DNA from: Azolla caroliniana
Lineage: Eukaryota; Plantae; Polypodiophyta
Length of the DNA stretch: 64,000 bases
Reading direction: 5' to 3'
Assembly (NCBI GenBank): GCA_043228905.1
Contig: JBHGNT010000013.1
Location: 7,626,001-7,690,000 of the forward strand
Below the pieces are notes generated by a model. That model ran no database searches. It saw only the letters and a program-made list of their open reading frames with translations, and had not been told where the DNA came from. The translations under genes were made by a program, and so were the position numbers. Of this stretch, positions 37,789 through 50,078 are shown piece by piece (positions within the stretch are counted from its first letter, which is position 1; the number at the start of each line of letters is the position of its first letter).

Positions 37789-38733
37789 CTTGTACTCTAA
37801 TGTTTTTCAAATGTTACACAAAATGGTCTAAATCTAAGCCCTTTCGTAAAAAAGTTGTAAACGTCACTTTTTAGCCTCTTCTTGATCTCTTAGTTTAAGT
37901 CCCCTTTAACTTAAGCTAGAGCTCTATCTTTGCCTTAATTCCATATACTTATTGTGAGTTGACGCATTAGGTTTAAGTGCTAATATGCCAAACTCTAATC
38001 ACTCCTCTTTTTGTATGCATTGTATGACTTCCCCACTTAATCGAGGAGTGTTTCGTTTTACTATGTGTAATCTTGTGTTTTCATGTGTGTACATAAAATT
38101 TAAACTTTTCTAATGCTTTAATCAACTTCTTAATTAGAGATGCCTTAGGCAACTCTCAAGGCAATGTGTTGATTCTTTGTAAACAAATTCCCTCTAGTGC
38201 ACGATTTTGGTAATATTACCCCAAATTCCTCTTTGAAGGACCTATCTCAACTTGTGGAATCTCACCATATTGTGCCACCACCATAATTAACTAGTGTTCA
38301 ACTGAGCAAGAGAGGTTGTCCATTACTTTTGAGTCACTTGCCTCCTGAACCCTAACCTTGTGAACCCTCATTCTGACCTTACTAAGGCATCCCTAATTAA
38401 GAAGTTAACTGATGCCTTAGAAAAGTTTAAATTTTACGTACACACATGAAAACACAAGATTACACATAGTAATACCAAACACTCGATTAAGTGGACTTCA
38501 TATAACGCATACAAAAAGAGTGATTAGAGTTTGGCGAAGTAGCACTTAAACCTAACGTGTCGACTCACAATAATTATATGGAATTAAGGGAGAGAAAGAG
38601 CTCTAGCTTAAGTTAAAGGGGATTTAAACTAAGAGATCAAGAAGAGGCTAAAAAGTGACATTTACAACTTTTTTACGAAAGGGCTTAGGTTTTGACCATT
38701 TTGTGTAACGTTTGAAAAACGTTACAGTACAAG
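37789..38733. mobile_element. non-coding foldback/MITE-like element with ~360-bp inverted arms
   Basis: 37789-38148 is the reverse complement of 38382-38733 with scattered mismatches; 233-bp spacer. Confidence 0.85.
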
Positions 38734-39119
38734 AAGGAACAAATATCAAAGATATTTTCAAATATGACATAGAGATGAGCTTACATTTAACATTCTTTTT
38801 AATCATACATTTCAAGTGGATGGTCAATCTTGTAACCGTGTTGACTAGATCAAGATAAATGAAATACCAAACGTTTGTGTGAGAAGACTTTTCGAGTCAA
38901 GTTGAAGGGCTTTATAAAAGAAGAAAGTTGTGGAAATATTTTGATTTTAACTTCACGGCGTTGTTTATCAATATAGTTTCATCTCTCAAATTTTGGGATC
39001 AAGATTCCAATGAAGCATGTGATTTCTTCTCAATCCTTGGGATTGGGCTCACTTTGATTACAACCTATAACTATTTAGAAGTTTATGAGAAGATAGAGCC
39101 CAATTGTTACTGTACGAGA

Positions 39120-39566
39120 TGTACGGGTGATTGATAACTGTGATAAGTGAGGGTGAAAGATGTAATGTGTTGATATGTATGTGTAATGTTATACGATTAT
39201 GAGTGTGAATGTAAGTGTGAGTGTGGTGGATACAAAGAGGTGTGAGTGAGTGACTAGGTGTGAATGCCCAAGGGGCTTGCACCCTTGTGTATCTACCCTT
39301 TTGTACCTATTTAACCCCTTATGGGGAATGAATGAAGAAAAGGAACATTTCTCTCTCAATCTCTCTCTTGTCATTTCTCTGTCTCTGTCTCTGTCTCCCC
39401 CTTATGTTGAACCCCCTTGGGAAGGGGGTGGAGCCATTCTAGGCACCACCCCCCACTCCACAATGCTTTTCAACATCTTCATGATCTCTCACCATCATCA
39501 TCACACATACATTATCATTTATCATCATCATCATCATCCTCTACCCTAACCCTAAAACCATTAACA
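39120..39566 (+). mobile_element. Gypsy-type LTR or LTR fragment (starts TGTACGGG; end uncertain)
   Basis: Shares TGTACGGG, AACCCCTTATGGGG and GGGGTG.AGCCATTCTAGGC with the inverted copy at 60830-61261. Confidence 0.55.
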
Positions 39567-41192
39567 CCACTAAGGCGACCCCCTTTGAAGATGAAGTCGA
39601 AGACTAATACGTGGCAAAACCTACAACAATGAAATGCAGCAAAAGGCTACGATTATGTGCGGAAGAAATTGGAAATGGAAGATTGATTGCCACACAATTT
39701 TAGACCAAATTAATCTCTATATATGTGTGTTTTATTTGGTCTGTTTTTGTCATAAATTTCCAAGAAATGGTGTGAAAAATGTACGAGACTCATTGTGAGT
39801 GTGTGAGAATGGCAACAACATATGTGTAGATTTGCGGTTAGCAACGTGTGTGTGCAAGAAAGCATGGTGTGAGAGACAACCAGAAAGACGAAGACAAGTA
39901 ACTAGAAAGATGGTCAGACGAACGACGGAGCAGGAACCGACACAGAAACTCCGGATAGAAGGGACCCGGTGCTAGCACGACTGGAAAGAGACGCCCACCA
40001 GGAGACTGTGGATGAAGACGAAGACACAATGTGTGGAGCGGAGGTTGGCAAGATGTGCTGAGAATGCACGGGACCAGAATCGGAAGTGTTCACAATGTCC
40101 AGAAGAAGCAATGCGGAGAGAGTCGGAACCAAAACCGGAGTTGGTTAGCACCGAAGCCGCCATAATGGCCGAACGGCACCCAGAAAGCCCGATGGAGTAG
40201 ACGGCCGAAACAATGACAGTGACGCTGAAAAACGACGGATGGAGAGACAACCGTCAGACATCAACAGCCGAACGAAAACCGGATGATGACTGAACAGAGT
40301 GGCCAAGCAACAGACCTCGGCCAAAACAGACAGCCGACTGCAGACTGGCCGAATAGGGCTGGTGACAACGAGAAATGGAGACAGTGATGACCGGATAGGA
40401 GCCAGATAGACAGAGATTCCGGATAATGAAGATAGACGACAACAACAATGGGGCTGGATAGACACACAAAAACGGACGAAGCGATAGAGATGGAGACGGT
40501 AATGGAGACAGATGGAAACCGACAGAGACAATCACGGAGTCGGCAACACAAAATGACCGGACAGAGACAGACAAGGACGGGCAGAGACGACTGGAGATGG
40601 AGAGGGAGCTGGAGGACAGGGCCGAACAATTACGGACGAGCGGCCGAAATGCAGTTGGAATGGCTGGACAACGACTAAATACCGGCTGGAATGGCAGAAC
40701 ACCCCATAACGGAGGTGGCTGGACCGGATGGGATGGACAAACTGAGGACATCGGACAATGACGAAGATGGAGACGACCGGATGTTTGCAACGAGAACAGA
40801 TAGATGAAGGGTCGGCTAGAAGACGACCACGATGACAGAAGACGGACATTGAACGAATAGATGACAAACGACATGACAGAGATGGACAACTGACAACCAA
40901 AGAGCAACTGGAGCGGCTGGAGTGGCCGGACAACAGTTGAAGCAGCATCCAGGACAACGACTGGATAGCCAAAGTCCGAACAGTGGCGACCAGAAACGAA
41001 CATACAATCGACAATGATGAAAGAGAAGAAGAAGATGAAGAAGAGAAGAAGGAATAGGAAGGAAAGGAAAAGAAGAAGCACCAGAGGCAGCTGAATAACC
41101 AAGAAAGAAGAAGAAAAACGCAGACCAAAGCAACTCAAAAGAAGGAAACAAAGAGGAGGAGCAAAGCAAGATTCGGGCAATAGAGATAGAGG

Positions 41193-43052
41193 CTGGTCAA
41201 AAGAGTTCCATGTCTTCGTGGACGCGTGGGATATCGCCATTGGCAGCGTACTCATGCAACTTACCGAACCAAAGTGGTACTGACCGGTGTACTACGCTAG
41301 CCGGAAGCTGTCAAAGGTTGAGTGGAATTATTCCACTACAGAAAGAGAAGCCCTAGGAATGATATACAATGTCACCAAATACCGACATTATTTGTTGGGC
41401 CAAAAGTTTTCATTCCATGTAGACCATTCAATGCTTTTATACTTGGTCTCAAAGGCATCACTCACCGGCAAGCTGGCCCAGTGGACATTATTATTACAAG
41501 AATTTGAATTTGAGATCTATCACTGGTCGGGTATACAACATGCGGTTGCCGATTACTTGTGCCGGTCAGAATCCGGAGAGACTGGTGACGGTGTTCAAGA
41601 TGAATTTCTGGATGCCACATTGTTTAAAATTACAGTGGAAACCACGGTAGATGGGACAGTCGCAGACGAGGACAAATGGCTAACGAATATGCACCAGTTC
41701 TTAAGCACCGGAATACCCCCAAAGGAGATGAACCGGGATGAACGTAAACGGTTGGCAGTGCAAAGCCAACACTTTTGTCTAGTACAGGATAGACTGTATC
41801 ATAAAGGAGCGGACGGCATATGGCAGTGAGCGGTCCGGAGTGATGAAAAAGACATCATTTTATGGGAAGCGCATTGTGGGGTCGCCGGAGGACATTATGC
41901 TAGTGAAGCTACGGCAAGGAAAATATGGCGCAACGGCTTATGGTGGCCAACAACACTAAAGGACTCGGTCTGATATACGAAGGAATGTGATATGTGCCAA
42001 AGAATGGGCCAGCCCACGGAACAAGCGCGCATGCCACACCAACCGGTACTACCTTTAGAGCCATTCCAGAAATGGGGGCTGGACTTCGTTGGACCATTCA
42101 AACCACCGACAATGCGAACTAACAACAAGTACATAATTGTCGCCACAGATTACTGTACAAAATGGGTGAAAGCCATAGCAGTAGGTGACAATACCACAAC
42201 GTCAACGACAAAGTTCCTGTACGAGTACATTTGGTGCCGGTATGGATGTCTAATTGAATTAATCAGCAAACAAGGTGGACACTTCCTCGGCCAAGTGGTG
42301 GAAAGCCTAACAACATTTTATGCGGTCGTACATAAGAGAAGCACCCCTTATTACCCGTAGGCCAATGGATTGGCCGAGTCCACCAATAAAAATCTGCAGA
42401 ACATTCTCCGGAAGATTGTCAATGAGAACCGACCCGATTGGGATACAAAGCTACACAACGCGTTATGGGCTTACCGGATGGCATACAAAACAAGTATCCG
42501 GACAACACCATTCCGGTTAGCGTTTGGTCTCGAAGCAGTGATGCCAATTGAATTCCAGATTCCAAGCTTACAGATACAGGTCAGGGAGCGGCTGAGCGAG
42601 AAGGAGTTGGAAAAAATCCGGTTAGCAGCACTATGCGAGCTGGAGAGCACCGAATAGTGAGCCTAATGCAGATGGAACTCGAACAACAACGAAGGAAAGC
42701 ATTCGTCAACCACCACCAGAAGGGTAATGAGAAGATGTTTGGCATCGGCAAGCCGGTACTAGTGTTCCAGACCCGGATGGGCAAGATGCCGGGGAAGCGA
42801 CGGTTCTAGTGGACCGGACCATATTGGATAATGTGAGAGTTCAACGGCTCATATCAACTGGGAATGCTAGCCGGCGAGGTGCTGGCCAAGTGGGTAAATG
42901 GGTTCCGACTTAAACCATATTATGGATCCATGCCACAGAACCCGTTTCAGCAACCGGAGAACAATGCGGAAATAGGCAATGGCAAGCAGTTGGTCGACAA
43001 CCATGAAGAACAACAAACAAGGGAGCCGGGGTTACCGGGTAACCGGAACTAA
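41193..43052 (+). pseudogene. Gypsy (Athila/Tat-like) pol fragment: RNase H + integrase
   Basis: WSKEFHVFVDA, YYASRKL..NYSTTEREALG, HAVADYL, PFQKWGLDFVGP, NGLAESTNK, WVNGFRLKPY. Confidence 0.9.
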
Positions 43053-43301
43053 AGAAAAAACAAAAACAAAAAAAAGATCATCATGCAGAGGCGAGGAACG
43101 AATGGACACCTCGCAAAGGTGTAGTGGCTATTTAAAGCCTAGTTAAAGCACACCACGGGTCACACAATTGCTATTATAGTACACAACGTGCATGCGCGGG
43201 AATTGAGAAAGGCGCCAAGCATGGGAACACGAAACCTCCACCTCGCAGAGTCTCTTTCATTTCGCGAACACTGAGCACTGAGCGGAGAAAGGACAATACA
43301 A

Positions 43302-44830
43302 GTGAACAGATGGATGCAAGAAGCACAAACAAGCATATCAGCCCTACCTACCCCCGCAGAACCAGACGACGAGATCGAACCTATGGCACTTTTCGAAATA
43401 GCTAAGAAGTGGTTCAACCAACATGGGTTGGGAGGCTTCCTAAGGATAGTAGAGGCACCGCCGCACGACGAAGCAGAAGAAGTTGTGCAGAAAATCAACA
43501 CGGAGGTCATAACGGATGAAGCCATCCGCATGCTAATCGGACTACCGGTAAGGGGTATCTACTCAATCGATAACCCTTCTCCTAAAACACTAACCAAGTT
43601 TTTTGGCGAGTATTCCCTCGCTAGTAAGGCTCATCGGACACAGGGCGGCGGGGACCCCCTGTTCAGAGAAGTGGATCGTGTCCTCCACGAGTATGGGTTC
43701 GTGTACCCCTGACCCTGGCAATGCCAAAGAACAAAGCTGGTTTCATCATTGCTACGCACACAGGGGTGCAAGTGGATTGGTCGGTAATCATCGTCGATTG
43801 TTTGCAGACGGTGATAGAATCAGTGTAGAACGACAAGAAATTATGGACGGCCGTGGCTCAATGGCTGACTCTTTTGGTGCCACCGGTGGAGCCGGTAAGG
43901 ACTAAGAAGCGGGTTTGAGTAATGGAGACCACGCCTAACAAACCTTCAAAACGGTAGCAAACTCCCGGCCAAGCACACGCCTGGATGGAAAGAGGATAGT
44001 ACGTCACAACAAGGGAAAGAACCGCCAAGTCGGAATAGGCAAGCAGAGACAGAGACATCGGTGGAGCCACAAGTAAAGCCTTTGAAAATCAAGCTGCACC
44101 GACAATAACAAGAATCAGATCCCTTGGCAACGAAGATCAATATTAGGACCCAAGAGGAGGAGGCGGAGGAAGACCCCACCGAAAACCTACTAGGTCGCCA
44201 GAAGCGTAGCGACGTGGAGCAGAAGGGGGATGAATCGGGTCCGGTGAAGGATAATGCATCAACACCCCGCTTCGAGGAACCAGAGCCAAGGAAGGAGGCG
44301 GAACCGGTTCAACTAGAACAGATGAAAGAGTTACCTATGCAGCAAGAAGCTGCAGTGCCGGTGGTCCAAGAACCGGTAATTGAATTGCCTATCTCACTGA
44401 GGCAGCAGGCACAACAAGAGTAGGAGTTGTCGCTGCAGTCAACAATCCAAAAAGGGCTTCCAACAAGAATAGAGGCCACGCCACAACCAGAACCGGCACG
44501 ACAAAAAGGCACCGACAATCAATGGCTACGGTGGATCGGCGAACAAGTGGTCGGGGTTGTGTGCGAAATAGAAATGGAGGAGAGAGCACAGGGGTTCTAG
44601 TTGTTTGCCACAATCGAAGAACTTGAGAAGGCCCGGTCGAGGATACGGAGCATGGAAGCGGAAATTGCGCAGGCTAAAGCAGAGGTGGGTAAGCAGGTCA
44701 CAGAAGGACCAAGACTACTAGAACCGGTGGCTCCGGTGAATGAACAAACTAATAAGATGCCGGTAACTGAAATAGCACTGGATGCACATAAGGCACAAGA
44801 ACAAGAACTCGCCACTCTTAGAGACAAATG
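43302..44830 (+). pseudogene. additional sense ORF downstream of the integrase (disrupted), ending in an acidic coiled-coil
   Basis: The frame can be followed through stops: ..HEYGFVYP*PLAMPKNKAGFI..VDWSVII..WLTLLVPP..; position is typical of extra ORFs in Athila/Tat lineages. Confidence 0.5.
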
Positions 44831-45032
44831 ATACTTTTTTTTCATTCAGTCCCCATAAGGGGTTAAATAGGTACAAAAGGGTAGATACACAAGGGTGCAA
44901 GCCCCTTGGGCATTCACACCTAGTCACTCTAGCTTAGAACACCGGTCGGTACCACTTCGGTTCGGTAAGTTGAGTACACTGCCGATGGCGATATCCGACG
45001 CGTCCACGAAGACATGGGACTCTTTTGACCAG
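44821..45032 (-). repeat. inverted composite duplication of 41193-41298 joined to 39248-39356
   Basis: 44929-45032 is the reverse complement of the RNase H start; 44821-44929 is the reverse complement of the LTR segment (79 bp identical). Confidence 0.9.
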
Positions 45033-48000
45033 ACAATCAATCTGATTGTCAAAGTGCTCATGAAGTATTGTGATGGGAAAGTTAGTGAGTGTTCATTCCA
45101 TATCAATTATGGGCGGATTGAACTACCCATAATATGGTCAACAATTACATGCCTATCAAGGTTATGATAAGACAAAAATCGGTGATGCCCGTCGAAAGTA
45201 TAATTTCCAACCTGAAGAAAATGAGCTAAGATGTTTTAAGAAGTAAGAAATGGTGCTACCTATTCTCACTCTAGACTATCGAAAAGAAGACCGGGGATAC
45301 TCCAGGGCACATAGGAGAAGATGTACGAGTTCAATGGGGGTGTCTCATGTTACCATCACCGCATAATGTGCACCAACATCAGCAAATGGATGTTGATTGA
45401 AGAAGTTAGGTCGACTCAACACATGCACATTACACAAATTTGTAACATTGTAAATCATTAATGTATTCACCCTTGGGATAAGTGATCGGCAAATCGAAAT
45501 CACGTGCATGCATCATGATTGTAGTGAGTGTTAGAGCATTATCTCCTTGTGATAGAATATTTAAGCCAAACAAAGAAAAAGCTAAGGCTAAAGATATAAG
45601 TACAACAAAATCACAACAAAATCAAGCTAACTCAAACCATGAGGAAAAGACTATCCAATATTAACAAGATAAAAAAACAATAAAGTAACTCCTTTGGATG
45701 GACATTCATCTACTTGATATCAACGAAGGAGAGAATCCGTTTTATACATTCCATATGTCCACTACATGAGCTATACATGTGACTTCTCAAGGATATCACC
45801 TTACATCCTCACAAGTATAAGCATATATTGGCTGGGACTTTATAAGCATGTATAGTCATAGAAACTTCCACCACTTGCAAGCTCCCTAACTTATGAATTT
45901 TCCATATATTGGTTGGGAGCAGTGTTGGGCAAAGTCTCTAACCCCTACCGGAAATTTTCCCGCTACTTATGATCTGAACCGGAATTTAGAATTTTTAATT
46001 GGCCATTTTCCTACAAGCGATAATATCAACCGGAACACGTTGATTTTTTTTTTGCACATACCAAATCAAATCATTTTTTTGGGCACATACCAAATCAACA
46101 TTCATTCGATCTGTGCAAGGTCAAGCTTAGAATGGCAATATTTCATAGAGACCTACAATATTTGTTACCGAGATGGTGCTAACTAGTTTCCTTTTAATGT
46201 GAACACAACAATGCTTGACATTCAAAAAACATCATAAACTTTAAATAAAAAAATTGACCATTGTGGAACATTACTGCATATACAAACTTTACAACATTAA
46301 CATAATCAAGTACCAGAAAACAAGTATGAACATTTATAATCTCTCATTATTTGATCATCTATTATATACATTAGTTATATTGCAAGCATAGTCCTTGCTT
46401 TCATATACAAGAAACAATTAGCTGAATCAATCAAATAATCAAATCAAGCATGCTAATCTTTTTTGATGCATTGTTCGATTATCAGGACTAGCATTGCTTT
46501 TCGATTCAGACACTGTTTTGAAATAAAAGGAGTATACTATATGATTTCTATTAGATTGGTAAAGCTTCTCAGAAGAGCTATTGCACTCTCCAAGAATAGA
46601 CCTTCTAAGAAGAACTGAGTTAGGCTCCCCAAACAATAGGAAGACCCCTAGAACGGGAGAACTAGGAAATTCCATCGATTTTGCCATCCCCTGACCTTTG
46701 CTCCCATGGTGCCTTGACAACTCAAGTATCAACAACATTGAGCTCATCAATCAGCACATCTGGGATATTGAGGGGGCTTTGCTTGTTTTAGGGGAAAGAA
46801 AGGGGGGAAAAGGGAGAAAGAGGGGGAAAAGGGAGAAAGAGGGGGAAGAGGAAATTCAAGATAACTACATGTAAAACGTTTATTTTTCTACATTTTTTTA
46901 TATGAAAATACATAAATAGCTGACTCTAAATATATGAACCGGCTAGATTCCGGATTTTGGGAAATTCTAGCCGGAATCAATTCTGACTCTCTCCCACCTT
47001 GGCCGGCAAAAGTACCAATTCAACCAAAACGTTAACATTGTTCCTGGGACTTTTCCCAACACTGGTTGGGAGGCGAATGAGATGTTTACCTTTATATTGT
47101 TGGCCGAACATGATGGCCAAAGGTGTGAAAGGGGAAAGGAAGTCAAGCACAAAAAGCCGAACAAATGGAGCTAGCCAAGGGCCGAATAAGGCGTTAATAT
47201 AACGCCAAGTAGTCAATGAGTAAAAAACAATTGTAACTGACCATGCTCCCCAAAACTAGGAATCATGCAATCTTATATAAGGGCGGGGTGAATGAATGAG
47301 AGTGCAACTATAATTTAGATTATAAATTGTACAAGAGAGGAGAGCACTTTTAGAGAGAACAAAGAGCTATACCGATAGTTGATGAGCTTGTAACAAGTAC
47401 GGACAATAAGTACGACCAAACTTCAAATCCGGATAGATGCCATTAGGAGTAGGCATATTCAAACTCACCTTCTGATTTACATGCCCTGATGATGTTGGCT
47501 CTATTGTGTAAGAGTTTGACGGATTACTATCTCTATTATTCTTCCTTTTCTTCTTTTTCAAATTCCTCGGTTCAGAATCCATTAAATCATTATCTTTCCC
47601 ACTCGGTGTAGAAGGTTGTTCTTCCCGATGCTTCTCTACCATGGCATCAATCCGATCGAGCTCATTACTCATCTGTTTCTTTTTCTTCTTCTTCTTGTCT
47701 GTCTACTACTCCTTTCTTTTCGTAAAAGAATAGTGTGTGCGGAAGCGTATGCAAAATACAGAGTACACAGTTCGGAGGAATAAAATAGTTCGGTAGAACA
47801 AAAGAAACGCAGAGGAGATGGAGAGGGAGAGAAAGAGAAAGAGAGCAGACAATAGACAACTCTAATTCAAAATAGTGACTCTCTGTGTACATACACCATG
47901 CTCAGTGAGCGCCTTTTATACAAGCCTTGACAATCGGGCTAACACAAGTACTAACAGTACTTGACGCTCATAAATGAGCCGCTACACTCACTCCCAAAAT

Positions 48001-48937
48001 TATTCCTTTTGTGGAATATCTTTGTAACGGCCTCGCGGTTTACGCACCGCTACGCTTTTTTAAGATTGCTTAAAGTGTGTGGCACTTCATCGGGGGTTGT
48101 TTGGGGTGGACTCAAGTTTAGATCTTATTTGTATGTCTAAACATAAGTAGTGATATAGTTTTAGAAGAATAGAAAAGTGAGGGCGTGGGTGGGGGTTAGG
48201 GGAGTGTAGCTTGTTGAAGATATCAAAAGTATTTAAACCTAATCAAAGTTTTTAGAACATATTAAAGATCATTGGGATAACTTAAGTTATTAGACACCAA
48301 TAAAGTATTATTAAAACACCAATATAGAGTATTATTACAACGGGACCACACGCTTAGATGAAAGGGAGTTGTTTAAACACATGCTTAAGCAAACACTTAA
48401 AAGAAAGATTGTTATAAAAATAATAATAAATAAATAAAAATAAAAATAGAAAAGAGAGATTGAGATTAAAAAATGATTATGGTTAAGAAGGGATTATGAT
48501 TAAGGGGGAAGGGGTTGCTAAAACAAAGTACTTAAACGAATGTTTAAACAAATATTTAGTTAAGAAAACACTTGGGCAAACACTTAACGCAAGGTTATGA
48601 TTAAAAGAGAAGGGAGGGATTATGGTTAAAGAAAAGGGGTCATGGCTAAGAAGAGAATGATTATGATTAAGAGAGGAGAATACTTAAACAAATGTTTAAA
48701 CAAAAAGTTAAACCTAAAAATGATTGAACAAGTACTTAAAAAAAGGGGTTAAACAAGTACGTAATAGAAAATGATTAAATAAATACTTAAAAACTTAAGA
48801 CAAAAAAATTTGATAAAAAAGTGATTAAACAAGTACTTAATAAAAATTTATTAAATAAGTACTTAAGAACTTAAGACAAAAAATTAGATAAGAGCAACAC
48901 ATAGAAGGAAAGAAAGTTTTACTATCATAAGGCAACG

Positions 48938-48983
48938 ATCGGCAAATGCATTTCGCCTCGATGGAGGCTCTTTAGTGCCCGAT
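48938..48983 (-). ncRNA. minimal type I hammerhead ribozyme with a G5>A core substitution
   Basis: ATCGGGCA CTAAAGA GCCTC-CATC-GAGGC GAAA TGCA TT TGCCGAT: stem I, CUGANGA-like box, 5-bp stem II, GAAA, palindromic UGCA, UH site. Confidence 0.8.
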
Positions 48984-49145
48984 GTACAAATGATGAAAAC
49001 TAAGCCTACTAGGTTGCTCTTTTTATAGGGAGAGGGAGGAGAGTCCTTTGTATGTGGGACATACAAAAGTGTGTACAAAGGGAAAGTAAAAGAATGTACA
49101 CAAGACTTTAGGTGGGGGTTAAGAGGGGTGAGAGTACATAAAACA

Positions 49146-50078
49146 TTAGGTGGGGGGAAAGGATGCGTGTACTAGGTGGTTTCTTAGTTTTTTACCATTT
49201 AGCCAACACGTGAGAGGGGGTGTAAGGAAACTGTATTGTAGTTGTCCTAGAAGGGGTTTAAGTTTGTTTCTCACGAGCGCTCCGATTTGGAGTTTTTTGA
49301 TACATGGGGAGTAACGAAGCTTAAAAACAATGGGTGGAGGTTTTTTGTTGTTGGGTTGATTAGAGAGTAGTTGGTTTTGTATGGAGTAGGGGACGGTCGA
49401 AAAACACTTGACTAGGAACTTCGATGGGTAGCCCCTAGCTCTTAGGCAGTCGTACAACTTTTTGCGTAGTTCCATGTAGCCATTTTCTGAGCTCTCCCGG
49501 ATAGCATACCGTTTTAGTTCTCCCGTGATGAAGCCCTTTTTGTGTGCTATGGGGTGCGAGGATTTCCACGGGAGGTACATGTAGGCATTGAGAGGTTTTT
49601 GGTGGCCTACGGTGTCGAGGATGCCGAATTCTTTAAAGTATGGGCCTTTGAAGAAGACGATGTCTAGGATGATGATCTCTTTAGGGGAGGTTGTTGATTC
49701 AATACGGATGTGTTGTTGTAGAGGCACACCGTATTGGTGTAAGAAGGTGTGAAGTGTATCGGGGGAACCTTCCCAAACTCCTATGGCATCATCAATGTAG
49801 CGTTTGTAGTAGAGTAGTTGCGGTGTTTGAAAAGCTAGGTTGTCGTCCTCTAGCTGCGAAAGAAACAAGCAAGCGTAAACAACGGCAAAATTACTACCCA
49901 TTGCGGTGCCTTTAATTTGTAACCAAAAAGCATTATTAAAGGAGAGAAAATTGTTTCTAAGTATAAGTTCGGCGACACTCATAATGATTTTTGTTTTGTG
50001 TGGTGGGAAATGATGTGAAATACATTTTTTAAAAACCAATAGACCTTTCGTGGTAGGTATACTGGGATATAGTGACAC
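49146..50078 (-). pseudogene. Penelope-like reverse transcriptase (RT core to thumb), no C-terminal GIY-YIG
   Basis: SLYPSI, QIKGTAMGS, RYIDD, ILDI, QKPLN.YMYLPWKSSHP..KKGFITGELKRY, LRARGYP; ends KKLRNHLVHASFPPT*; 310 codons without a stop. Confidence 0.9.

Larger units (their letters stand above)
48050..50078 (-). mobile_element. 5'-truncated Penelope-like element (PLE) with a ~1.1-kb 3' region
   Basis: PLE-type RT ORF, hammerhead motif 163 nt after the stop, AT-rich repeats (AAACAAGTACTTAA) at 48240-48890; Copia-B sequence on both sides. Confidence 0.85.

Noticed and set aside
40254-41255. 333-aa minus-strand hydrophobic ORF (env-like?)
   Set aside because: Follows from the strand skew (few stops on the A-poor strand); several overlapping frames are equally open.
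44821-45032. DIRS internal complementary region
   Set aside because: No tyrosine recombinase; the adjacent pol has a DDE integrase.
48050-48210. Telomeric repeats at the PLE 3' end
   Set aside because: Only a single TTAGGG in G-rich sequence; no tandem TTTAGGG array.
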